From positions 1 to 64,000 of IMG/VR virus record IMGVR_UViG_2706795985_000001: 64,000 nucleotides of DNA, one strand, 5' to 3'. This DNA comes from a virus (taxonomy: Duplodnaviria; Caudoviricetes). Each line of letters starts with the position of its first letter. Position 1 is the stretch's first letter. The notes below the pieces were generated by a model. That model was given only the letters and a program-made list of their open reading frames with translations. It had not been told where the DNA came from and made no database searches. A program made the translations under genes and the position numbers. Below, piece after piece: positions 10,819 through 18,360 of this stretch.

Positions 10819-11085
10819 CTACCTCCTTGTCTGCCTTGTTGCCACCCCAAAGGCAGGCTTGCTGTCTTCACCTAGTGGTTTACCCTTCTGCAAGCGGCTT
10901 GCATTCACAGAGTATCTACCCTTTCCATACTCCTCGTCAACCCATTCCTGAGCCGTTGCACGTTTTGCTGTGTGAATGAAGATGTAATCACCCAAAGCAT
11001 TTTTGATGTAGAACGTAGCAGGCGGGATGAAGTCCCAACGTGAAAATTCTGCATAATCAACAACCGTTATTTTCTGCTTACTCAT
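10819..11085 (-). CDS. Hypothetical protein
   Basis: GGAGG RBS before ATG 11085. Confidence 0.6.
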   Translation of the reverse strand: MSKQKITVVDYAEFSRWDFIPPATFYIKNALGDYIFIHTAKRATAQEWVDEEYGKGRYSVNASRLQKGKPLGEDSKPAFGVATRQTRR

Positions 11086-11149
11086 AAAATCCTCCACTCT
11101 AATACAAGAAAACCTCTGCACCACAAGGATGCAGCTTACCACAGTTAAA

Positions 11150-11932
11150 TCACTTACGCACGTACTTTGGAGCGTTTTCAGAGATGTAGGCGAGACCCTT
11201 AGTAGTGATCTTCATCTGCTCAAAGGCGTGTGGACCTTCACTGCCTGGACGCAGGCCAGTCTTCACAACGAACAAACCCTGGTCGATCTTGGTGGAGTAT
11301 GGAATCAAGTCATTCGCCGGTGAGCGACGGAAGCACAGCTTCTCATCAACCAACCAGTGGCTAAGCTCACGCATGTTCATACGCAGCAAGCGTGATGCAG
11401 CCTGGATACCCAACGCTCCATCAGCTTCTACGAACTGATCGACAAACTCAACCTTTGGAGCGGCAATTACCAAGAGTTCTTTCTTCTGCTCAACCTCGAC
11501 AGCCAGTGCAACACTGCGTTCGTACTCCAAAGCCCAAGCACGTGCTGCCTCTGCTGGGTTTCCGAAGTTTGGCAGAGCTGGTGTCGCAATAGCCGCCAAC
11601 ACCTGTTCTTCCAACTCAGTCATCCGATCATACACAGCAGCAGAAATCGCTGGAGAGTAGGACATTGCCATGAGAGTGGCCTCACGCTTGGGGAAGATAT
11701 AAATTTCTCGTTCCCGTTTAGCGTTATTTACCTCGTAAAAAGCGGTTCCAATAAATTTTGGAGCTGCTTCACCGAGGGTGTCTGCCACCTTTTTCATGAA
11801 ACTGTCATGGCGAAGTTCCACATATTTCTTAGCCTGCCCGTTGGCAAACAGAGCAGCACGCTCCTTGTTGATCATGTCAACAATTTCCAGAGAGGTCATG
11901 GTTTGTACGGATTTGGTGGACACTTGAGTCAT
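11150..11932 (-). CDS. Rha-family regulator fused to KilA-C/ANT antirepressor domain
   Basis: TMTSLEIVDMIN...RHDSFMKKV...YSPAISAAVYDR...PNFGNPAEAARAWA...APKVEFVD...ITTKGL. Confidence 0.75.
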   Translation of the reverse strand: MTQVSTKSVQTMTSLEIVDMINKERAALFANGQAKKYVELRHDSFMKKVADTLGEAAPKFIGTAFYEVNNAKREREIYIFPKREATLMAMSYSPAISAAVYDRMTELEEQVLAAIATPALPNFGNPAEAARAWALEYERSVALAVEVEQKKELLVIAAPKVEFVDQFVEADGALGIQAASRLLRMNMRELSHWLVDEKLCFRRSPANDLIPYSTKIDQGLFVVKTGLRPGSEGPHAFEQMKITTKGLAYISENAPKYVRK

Positions 11933-11956
11933 TTTGAATCTCCTTTATAATAGACG

Positions 11957-11990
11957 AAAAAGTAGCCCGCTACCAGAGGCAACGGGCTAT
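11957..11990 (-). terminator. Intrinsic terminator
   Basis: TAGCCCG...CGGGCTA stem followed by TTTTT on minus strand. Confidence 0.55.
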
Positions 11991-12001
11991 GGGGGTGCAT
12001 C

Positions 12002-12619
12002 TTACACGGTGAACTCTGGTTCGTCAACTGCCAATTCATCCTCAGCAGCAGCCTTACGCAGAGCTTCTCGGTGTTCACTGAATGCCATCAGACGCTCAGC
12101 AAGCTCATCACCTTCAAAGTACATCTCACGACCATCAAGGACACGCTGAATCTCATCCTCAGACAGGAAACCTGCGTAGGTGAGTCGAACAAAACGTTCA
12201 ATCATCTTTGTGTTGTGCTTGACATTAGCTTCGATGTGTGGAGCCATACCTACGTAACCATAGCTACCCGTGTGGATCATGAACGAAGACATATCATCAA
12301 TCTCCCACTCCTCACAGGCCAAGGCAATCGCCGTCCCCATACTTGCACAGGTAGGCCCAATATAGGCAATCGTGTGGGCTGCTGTACGTTGTATTGCACG
12401 ACACAGCATGTGTCCTGTGTCAATGCTGCCACCCGGAGTGACAATATCAATTGTGATTAGGTCACGTTCCCCAGCTCCAGCAAAAAGCTGGAATTCATCA
12501 TCAAAGTCATCAACTTCTGTGATTATTCGGGCCAATCTCAGGTGGTACTCATTGGCGATGTGTTGGTTCACCATGATTCTGCTAGGCTTACCATGAATTT
12601 CACGAATTTCATCAGTCAT
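12002..12619 (-). CDS. ClpP/crotonase-fold serine protease
   Basis: IVTPGG...CASMG (catalytic Ser)...FMIH (catalytic His). Confidence 0.75.
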   Translation of the reverse strand: MTDEIREIHGKPSRIMVNQHIANEYHLRLARIITEVDDFDDEFQLFAGAGERDLITIDIVTPGGSIDTGHMLCRAIQRTAAHTIAYIGPTCASMGTAIALACEEWEIDDMSSFMIHTGSYGYVGMAPHIEANVKHNTKMIERFVRLTYAGFLSEDEIQRVLDGREMYFEGDELAERLMAFSEHREALRKAAAEDELAVDEPEFTV

Positions 12620-13346
12620 ATTTCACACCCTCCCTTTCTTTAGCTTGGACCATCTTTTTGCAAAGCCCTGACCTTACAATACTCTCACTGCCTGTCTTAA
12701 TTACTTTGATGTGCTCTTCCAGCTCTGGGTTTTTCTCTACAAAACTGCACAACCAATCAATACCATTCAACCCTTTAATATCAGACTGATTTGGGTCACC
12801 AATCAAGATCAATTTAGATCCAGTCTCCATACGGGTGAGCATGGTGTACAACTCATCTGGCATCATAGACTGGGCTTCGTCTATGATGAAGACTCCGCTG
12901 ACGCTGCGACCCCTTGCGTACTCAGGGGCCAATAGTTCTATGGTCCCTAAGCCAAGAGCGTTCTCATAGTAGCTCTTACCATAACGATTCCACAGCACCT
13001 CAAGGAGTGGCATAAGGTAAGGCTCAAATTTCTGTTGCAGTGTCGATGGCAGCATGCCAAGAGAACGCCCCATCGGAATAACAGCACGGGTGAGGGTGAT
13101 CTTATCATACACACCCTTTTTGAGCCAGTCTGATGCCTCACTCATAGCTAGGAAGGACTTTCCGCAGCCAGCAGGTGCGGAGAATGCAACAACGTCGTAA
13201 TTCTTCAAAGCATCTAAGAATTCCTTTTGTACCGAATTTTTAGGACTCACAGATGACTTAATTTCGTCAATGAATTTGTCTTTGACGGTGCGTACCTTAG
13301 TTACACCTTCTTTTTTATTAGCTCGTTGGGTATTAGACCTGCCCAT
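12612..13346 (-). CDS. phoH: PhoH-family ATPase
   Basis: APAGCGKS Walker A, LTRAV, RGRS, IIDEAQ, GDPNQSD. Confidence 0.92.
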   Translation of the reverse strand: MGRSNTQRANKKEGVTKVRTVKDKFIDEIKSSVSPKNSVQKEFLDALKNYDVVAFSAPAGCGKSFLAMSEASDWLKKGVYDKITLTRAVIPMGRSLGMLPSTLQQKFEPYLMPLLEVLWNRYGKSYYENALGLGTIELLAPEYARGRSVSGVFIIDEAQSMMPDELYTMLTRMETGSKLILIGDPNQSDIKGLNGIDWLCSFVEKNPELEEHIKVIKTGSESIVRSGLCKKMVQAKEREGVKYD

Positions 13347-13383
13347 ATAACCTCCTACAGTGATTTTGTAATTCTACCTGAAC

Positions 13384-13572
13384 TCAAGTCAGATAACAGG
13401 GTATCCACTCTGGAACCACATAGGCCCCTGAGTAGTGCGGGTGTTTTCTCAACCACTTGAGGCAGTAACACCTCTCCAACATTTTGATACACCTAATATA
13501 CTCTGGGGAGGTGGCTTTGACAACACCTCTAAGATCGTTAACGCCGACCCCTTTAATCAACAATCTCATCAC
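13384..13572 (-). pseudogene. N-terminal remnant of HNH-family endonuclease
   Basis: IKGVGVND...MLERCY...YSGAYVVPEW, then stops before the DKD motif. Confidence 0.6.
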
Positions 13573-13909
13573 CCCCCTCTTCGTCAGGAATCAGGACAGC
13601 AAGAATACGAATTCTTTCTTCTTCAACTGCATCACTCACTTGATGGCAAGCATTCACTACAGTGTTGAACTCCTCGCTCTTCATGATTTTGTCAACCCGC
13701 TTAACAGCTGCAAAGTCGGCACGCTCAAGGAAAGCCTGACCTACAATCTCTGTGTACTCATCAAGGTTGACCATCGATAGCAGCTCTTCAGCTACTTCAG
13801 ATGTCATTGTGAGACCTTGAGCGTGCAAAAGTGGGAACAAGTAGTTACTAAGATCGTTCTTTGCAAACTGGTGAAAGAATTCACGCTGTGCTTTAGTTAG
13901 TTTTGCCAT
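13553..13909 (-). CDS. Hypothetical protein
   Basis: AAGGAG RBS. Confidence 0.7.
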   Translation of the reverse strand: MAKLTKAQREFFHQFAKNDLSNYLFPLLHAQGLTMTSEVAEELLSMVNLDEYTEIVGQAFLERADFAAVKRVDKIMKSEEFNTVVNACHQVSDAVEEERIRILAVLIPDEEGGDEIVD

Positions 13910-13914
13910 TTTTA

Positions 13915-14355
13915 TTACTCCTTATCCAGTTCTTCTTTAGTTTCTTTAGTTTCTTCAGCCTTCAGCTCTTTCTTCTGAGCAGGTTTCTTGGCTGGAGTCT
14001 TTTCTTTGGTTGGTTCCTCTTTTACAAGTTCCAGTTCAATACTCTTAAGTCCCTTCTCGTCGAAGAAGTGATCACCACCTTCCTTGAAGGTGTAGCCAGC
14101 TTGCACATAGTTCTGTAGGAGCAACATAAACTCCATTGGGTCATAGTGCTCCACCTTGCCGTTAAACCCTTCAGCAACCTCCACAGCGCCTTCTGGCTTA
14201 TCAGCCTTGAACAGCCTGATCACGTTACCGTAACCGCTAAACTGTGGGTAGCCTTCAATAGTATTGCTTACGAAGTAGCCATCTGCCACACCTTCAGAAA
14301 CTTTCTTGACAAAAGTGATAGGACTGTGCTCAACTACATCAATGAAATCGGTCAT
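13915..14355 (-). CDS. Hypothetical protein (start MTDFIDVV)
   Basis: AGGAG RBS; charged low-complexity C-terminus. Confidence 0.7.
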   Translation of the reverse strand: MTDFIDVVEHSPITFVKKVSEGVADGYFVSNTIEGYPQFSGYGNVIRLFKADKPEGAVEVAEGFNGKVEHYDPMEFMLLLQNYVQAGYTFKEGGDHFFDEKGLKSIELELVKEEPTKEKTPAKKPAQKKELKAEETKETKEELDKE

Positions 14356-14387
14356 ACGGGAATCTCCTTGTGATTTGATAATTATTG

Positions 14388-14447
14388 ATATTACCACAAA
14401 ATATAATATTGTCAAGCATTGACTTATGGTGTTCTGGGTGGTAGGAT
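14388..14447. promoter_or_regulatory. Back-to-back sigma70-like promoters
   Basis: Minus: TTGACA(14415-10)-16-TAATAT; plus: TTGACT(14419-24)-17-TAGGAT(14442-47). Confidence 0.7.
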
Positions 14448-14460
14448 GTAAAAGCTGATG

Positions 14461-14747
14461 GAGAGATATGTCTGTAAACACTCACCGGCCATCAGGAACA
14501 CTGCCTATGAAGAGGAAGCTACTGGGCAAGCTGAGTTCTAATCTGGTTAAAGCGTAGCGACGACACCGTAAGGTGGAATGACCAGAGTCTGGTGAGTCTG
14601 AAAGATGACACACCTCCTGCCAATGCAGGCCGAATAGCGATCTCAATCTACATGAGAAGCTTGGAGATAGGACCAAGGTTAAGCCTTAGGCAGACACTGT
14701 TCTGTATGGCTTTCCTTGGGACGGTTCTATCTCCAAAACACGAAACT
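14461..14747 (+). ncRNA. Candidate structured ncRNA, copy A (paralog of 50739-51005)
   Basis: No credible ORF; 14-bp stem 14661-74/14723-36; GNRA hairpin; conserved blocks and covarying helices shared with copy B. Confidence 0.75.
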
Positions 14748-14788
14748 CATCTACATAAGATAAAACATAGTAAATCAAAGGATAATCA

Positions 14789-15355
14789 ATGAAATCTAAA
14801 ATACATGGTGTAGGTATTAATGACTGCACCTACGAGGCATACAAAGGTAAGAATTGTATCTGCCCATACTTCCATGCTTGGAAGGGTCTGCTGTCAAGAC
14901 ATATTGCAAAGGGCGTGCCCGTAGCCGAAGAGTGGTTAACATTCTCCACATTCAAAGGTTGGATGGAAACTCAAGATTGGGAAGGTAAAGAGCTTGACAA
15001 AGACTTACTGGGGCACTACACAATTGGATATACGCCTGCTACATGCTGCTTTCTCCCAAAGGAAGTGAATATCTTTATGCAAGACCGCAGGAAGTCAAAA
15101 TCTGGACTGCCTATCGGCGTCTCGATGAGTCGGCAGGGAAAGTTTAAGGCCTACGCAGACTCTTTTGGAGTCGGAAACTACTTAGGTACATTCAATACAA
15201 AAGAAGAAGCCCACAACTCTTGGAGACTCTTTAAAAACACCCATGCACACAAGCTAGCTGATAGGCTGGAGTCTGAGGGTTATTCCCAGATTGTGTGTAA
15301 TGGCTTAAGAACAAAATATAATGGAGAAAGCTATGAGCCGTTGCAGATGTTGTGA
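14789..15355 (+). CDS. HNH-family homing endonuclease
   Basis: HGVGINDC...WLTFSTFKGW...LDKDLL...YTPATCCFL. Confidence 0.8.
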   Translation: MKSKIHGVGINDCTYEAYKGKNCICPYFHAWKGLLSRHIAKGVPVAEEWLTFSTFKGWMETQDWEGKELDKDLLGHYTIGYTPATCCFLPKEVNIFMQDRRKSKSGLPIGVSMSRQGKFKAYADSFGVGNYLGTFNTKEEAHNSWRLFKNTHAHKLADRLESEGYSQIVCNGLRTKYNGESYEPLQML

Positions 15356-15530
15356 TGTACCGCTAACCAATAATGACACCCCCGGATGGAATAAACTCGC
15401 ACAAGTAGAAGAAGACTTTTGTAGTGTGTGCAGATTTTTAGTATACAACTCTTACACAGAACGAGAGTATGTATGCGGAAGATATCCAACCGACGGAGTT
15501 ACTGGTCCAACGCCAGTTAATGAAAATTAA
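15333..15530 (+). CDS. Small Cys-rich hypothetical protein
   Basis: MSRCRCCD...FCSVC; GGAG RBS. Confidence 0.6.
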   Translation: MSRCRCCDVPLTNNDTPGWNKLAQVEEDFCSVCRFLVYNSYTEREYVCGRYPTDGVTGPTPVNEN

Positions 15531-15684
15531 TTTCAATTGATACTTGACATATCCATTTACTGTGCTAGAATAACAGTATAGGAAATGAAAGATTTCCGAA
15601 AATCTTACGTGAGTGGGGCATACCTGTTTCCTCCTCCTTTCGGGTAGTAAGTCTACCACTCACAACTAAACATGAGGTATAGCA

Positions 15685-16005
15685 ATGGAACAAAAGAATA
15701 AAGGTGGTCGTCCAACAAAGGCTGAGGTAGCTGCACGTGGGGTGACAAAGACAGAATTTGAGATAGGTCTAAAAATCCTCAAAAAGATTTATGGACAATC
15801 GCTTGACAAGATGATCGAAATAAGCGACGATGAGTCCATTCCAGCCAAAGAACGTTTCCGTATGAAACAAGTATTGGTTGACATGTACACGAATCTGATC
15901 AAAGCCGATGTGGCATTGAAGATTCAACTGGCGAAGGGAACTACAGAAGAACCGGATGAGCAGACGGATAAACCGTTGGCCCCAGTCTTCAATTTTGCCA
16001 AGTAA
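15685..16005 (+). CDS. Hypothetical protein, possible terminase small subunit
   Basis: KGGRPTK N-terminus, helical; promoter TTGACA(15544)-16-TAGAAT upstream; function inferred from motif and position only. Confidence 0.45.
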   Translation: MEQKNKGGRPTKAEVAARGVTKTEFEIGLKILKKIYGQSLDKMIEISDDESIPAKERFRMKQVLVDMYTNLIKADVALKIQLAKGTTEEPDEQTDKPLAPVFNFAK

Positions 16006-16010
16006 TACAA

Positions 16011-16105
16011 GGCTTGGTAAGCCGAGATGGCCTAGCGGCAGCGGTCTTGAAAACCGAGGGTTCACGGAAGTGGACGTGTGAGTTCGAGTCTCACCCAATC
16101 CGCCA
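16011..16105 (+). tRNA. tRNA-Ser(TGA)
   Basis: Anticodon loop CTTGAAA, long variable arm, GTTCGAG T-loop, CCA. Confidence 0.85.
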
Positions 16106-16111
16106 AACAAA

Positions 16112-16188
16112 TGGCCTTTAGCATAATTGGTTAATGCAATCAACTCATAATTGATAAGATACGAGTTCAAGTCTCGTGGGGCCAACCA
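16112..16188 (+). tRNA. tRNA-Met/Ile2(CAT)
   Basis: ATCAA-CTCATAA-TTGAT arm, GTTCAAG, CCA. Confidence 0.85.
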
Positions 16189-16193
16189 AATAC

Positions 16194-16267
16194 GGACTGC
16201 CAGAGCGTCTGGCACAGTGAGATAATATCAACAACTTTCAGGGTTGTAATCCTTGAGCAGTCCACCA
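16194..16267 (+). pseudogene. Degenerate tRNA-like element
   Basis: Perfect acceptor GGACTGC/GCAGTCC plus ACCA, T-arm CAGGG-TTGTAAT-CCTTG, no canonical anticodon loop. Confidence 0.55.
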
Positions 16268-16273
16268 AACATA

Positions 16274-16565
16274 TCTGAGGAAGTCAAGCGCCTTGGTGTG
16301 AGATGAGTAACCAACTGCTCATCGGAGAACATAGCAGACTCGAAAGAGGACTCCAGACAGCCAGTGAAATGGTCGAGCCTTAGTGCGGTAATGGTTAATT
16401 TGCTATTTTGACGCTCAGACGGCAGCGGCTTATAAGTGCCGTCTTCGAATATGGTAACGTATTGATGCACTTGGTATAACGGTAACTCCTGTATTGGCCC
16501 TCCTCAGGAGTGCTGGAGTATTAAAGACATTAATACGGGCAAAGGACCACTCAACCCTTTGCTCC
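16274..16565 (+). ncRNA. Unassigned structured non-coding region within the tRNA cluster
   Basis: Closing helix TCTGAG..GTCAA / TTGAC.CTCAGA and several 6-9-bp hairpins. Confidence 0.5.
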
Positions 16566-16575
16566 TTTTAATCTA

Positions 16576-16653
16576 GGGTCGGTGTTTGGTAATCGGCAAC
16601 CGTCTGGCCTCCAAAGCCATGAGTTCTCTGTTCGAATCGGAGTCGGCCCGCCA
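16576..16653 (+). tRNA. tRNA-Trp(CCA)
   Basis: TGGC-CTCCAAA-GCCA, GTTCGAAT, CCA. Confidence 0.85.
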
Positions 16654-16758
16654 ACTATGTTCTGTGTAGTCTTGTAGGCTTACAGACGCAACAAGAGGGA
16701 GAGGATGTGTTGCCATCGCTCAGAGTCTCTTAGGAGCCTGAGAACCCCTCACTAATTT

Positions 16759-16835
16759 ATCTCCATAGCTCAACTGGACAGAGCAAGGGTTTTCTACACC
16801 CAAGGTTGAGGGTTCGAATCCTTCTGGGGATACCA
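16759..16835 (+). tRNA. tRNA-Arg(TCT)
   Basis: GGGT-TTTCTAC-ACCC, GGTTCGAATCC, CCA. Confidence 0.88.
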
Positions 16836-16924
16836 AATGTGTAAATAGTTTTAAATAAACGCTTGACAGAACATATTTGTCGTGTTTAAATACTAATATG
16901 AATCAAACACAAAGGAGAAACAAG

Positions 16925-17050
16925 ATGGCTAAACGTCCGTATGATGCAACTAAAGAACATGCTCCGGTTGACAAGACTCGCTTGAAAGACAGCAAAGGTC
17001 GTCACCCGAACAAGAATAAAGATACCAAACACCCAGTGTCTGGTAAGTGA
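16925..17050 (+). CDS. 41-aa basic small protein (not in ORF track)
   Basis: AAGGAG RBS, TTGACA at 16863 upstream, MAKRPYDATKEH...VSGK. Confidence 0.6.
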   Translation: MAKRPYDATKEHAPVDKTRLKDSKGRHPNKNKDTKHPVSGK

Positions 17051-17469
17051 CGAAACACTGTAAAGTCTGCGACGAGGTGAAACCTCAGTCTGAGTTCAAT
17101 AAGAACAAGGTTAAGTCTGATGGACTACAGACAAGGTGTCGTGAGTGCCAGAAGGCACAAAACAATAGTGGTTACATCACAAATCAGAATCGTAGAAACT
17201 CCATCAAGGCTAGAAATACTGAGGTGAAAGACTACAACAGGAAGTTGATGAGAAGGTTCAAAGCATTCTTAGGATGTTTGATCTGCCGTGAGAAGGAGCC
17301 TGTTGCTCTTGACCTGCATCACACTGATCCATCTGGCAAAGATGCGAACCCAAGCAGCTTGTTAACGTACTCCACAAACACGTTAAAAGCAGAGATTAGA
17401 AAATGTATAGTACTCTGCTCAAACTGTCATAGAAAATTTCATGCAGGTTTAATAGTTTTGCCGGAATAG
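17047..17469 (+). CDS. HNH endonuclease with N-terminal zinc ribbon, in tRNA cluster
   Basis: CKVC...CREC; CLIC...DLHH...CIVLCSNCHRKFH. Confidence 0.8.
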   Translation: MTKHCKVCDEVKPQSEFNKNKVKSDGLQTRCRECQKAQNNSGYITNQNRRNSIKARNTEVKDYNRKLMRRFKAFLGCLICREKEPVALDLHHTDPSGKDANPSSLLTYSTNTLKAEIRKCIVLCSNCHRKFHAGLIVLPE

Positions 17470-17535
17470 CACAATTGGTAGTGCAGTCGCCTTGTAAGCG
17501 AAAGGTTGAGGGTTCAAGTCCTTTTTTCGGCACCA
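17460..17535 (+). tRNA. tRNA-Thr(TGT)
   Basis: TCGC-CTTGTAA-GCGA, GGTTCAAGTCC, CCA. Confidence 0.9.
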
Positions 17536-17548
17536 AATTTAGATTTAT

Positions 17549-17625
17549 AGTGATGTGGCTCGATTGGATAGGCACCACCCTACGAAGGTGTTACAGGCAG
17601 GGTTCGAATCCGTAAATGGGCACCA
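17549..17625 (+). pseudogene. Pseudo-tRNA-Arg(ACG) with unpaired acceptor stem
   Basis: CACC-CTACGAA-GGTG arm, GGTTCGAATCC and CCA present, but 5' and 3' acceptor strands are not complementary. Confidence 0.6.
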
Positions 17626-17724
17626 AATTTGACAGCACTAACGCCTTATGGTATTGTCTGTCAATTAGCTAGGCTTGGCTTGTCAGGTAGAAGCCCGTTT
17701 TTCCAAAACCTGATACAAATTTAA

Positions 17725-17799
17725 AGTCGCTTGGCCGATTGGATTAGGCAAAGGTCCACGAAGCCTGCTAGAGTGGTTCGACTCCACTAGTTACTACCA
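17725..17799 (+). tRNA. tRNA-Arg(ACG), atypical (C33, one acceptor mismatch)
   Basis: Loop CCACGAA, AGTGG-TTCGACT-CCACT, CCA. Confidence 0.65.
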
Positions 17800-17805
17800 A
17801 ACAAT

Positions 17806-17879
17806 TGCCGGATACTTCAAAAATAGAACGTGGAGCTGATAACTCTAAAACGAAGGAGCGTTACCTTCTCTGGCGACCA
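17806..17879 (+). tRNA. tRNA-Ile(GAT) with non-canonical T-loop
   Basis: Acceptor TGCCGGA/TCTGGCG, TGGAG-CTGATAA-CTCTA, T-arm GAAGG-AGCGTTA-CCTTC, CCA. Confidence 0.65.
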
Positions 17880-17885
17880 AATAAT

Positions 17886-17967
17886 AGCGAGACGGCTTAG
17901 ACTGTCTGGGGATGTCACCGGGTTCATATCCCGATGCTTATGGGTTCGATTCCCAGTCTCGCTTCCA
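17886..17967 (+). tRNA. tRNA-Met(CAT), initiator-like
   Basis: CGGG-TTCATAT-CCCG (three G-C pairs), GGTTCGATTCC, CCA. Confidence 0.75.
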
Positions 17968-18031
17968 AACACAGACGACTGACCCAACCATAAATAGCCA
18001 CGTGCTATCAAAGCAGTCTGTCTTGTCAGAT

Positions 18032-18059
18032 AACCCTCCTTGTGAGGGTTTTCTCGTTT
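18032..18059 (+). terminator. Terminator of tRNA cluster
   Basis: AACCCTC-cttgt-GAGGGTTTTCTCGTTT. Confidence 0.7.
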
Positions 18060-18090
18060 CTGTCTGAGCCACTTTTATAAGGAACTGACT

Positions 18091-18360
18091 ATGGCTGACA
18101 CACTACCCGATGTAACCCTAAACTCAGGTTGGAATGACCTGTATCAGATAACTGGAATAGCGGCAGGCTCAGCGTTACTCCTCAAAAATAAATCTTCAGC
18201 ACCTATCCTTATTGTGATTGCCCCTATAGCTCCCGGACCTAGCTTCACAGGAGGTTGGGACATTTCAGCCTCAGACTGGGCCGTTGCTTCAGGAGTTCCA
18301 AGCGGCAGTAAGGTTTGGGCTAAAGGTGCTGGAAGAATCTTAGTGCAGGTGGACGAATGA
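18091..18360 (+). CDS. Hypothetical (likely virion) protein
   Basis: AAGGA RBS, beta-rich 89 aa. Confidence 0.7.
   Translation: MADTLPDVTLNSGWNDLYQITGIAAGSALLLKNKSSAPILIVIAPIAPGPSFTGGWDISASDWAVASGVPSGSKVWAKGAGRILVQVDE

Noticed and set aside
14461-14747. RNase P RNA (GAGGAAG...ACGAAAC)
   Set aside because: P4 cannot be formed properly, and the GAGGAA block is GAGTTT in copy B
14482-14792. Track ORFs 14482-14676 and 14592-14792, and likewise 50663-50935
   Set aside because: No RBS, atypical composition, overlap the conserved RNA, and not conserved between the two copies
16228-16470. 80-aa minus-strand ORF in the tRNA cluster
   Set aside because: Antisense to a plus-strand tRNA operon, overlaps a pseudo-tRNA and paired helices, no clear RBS
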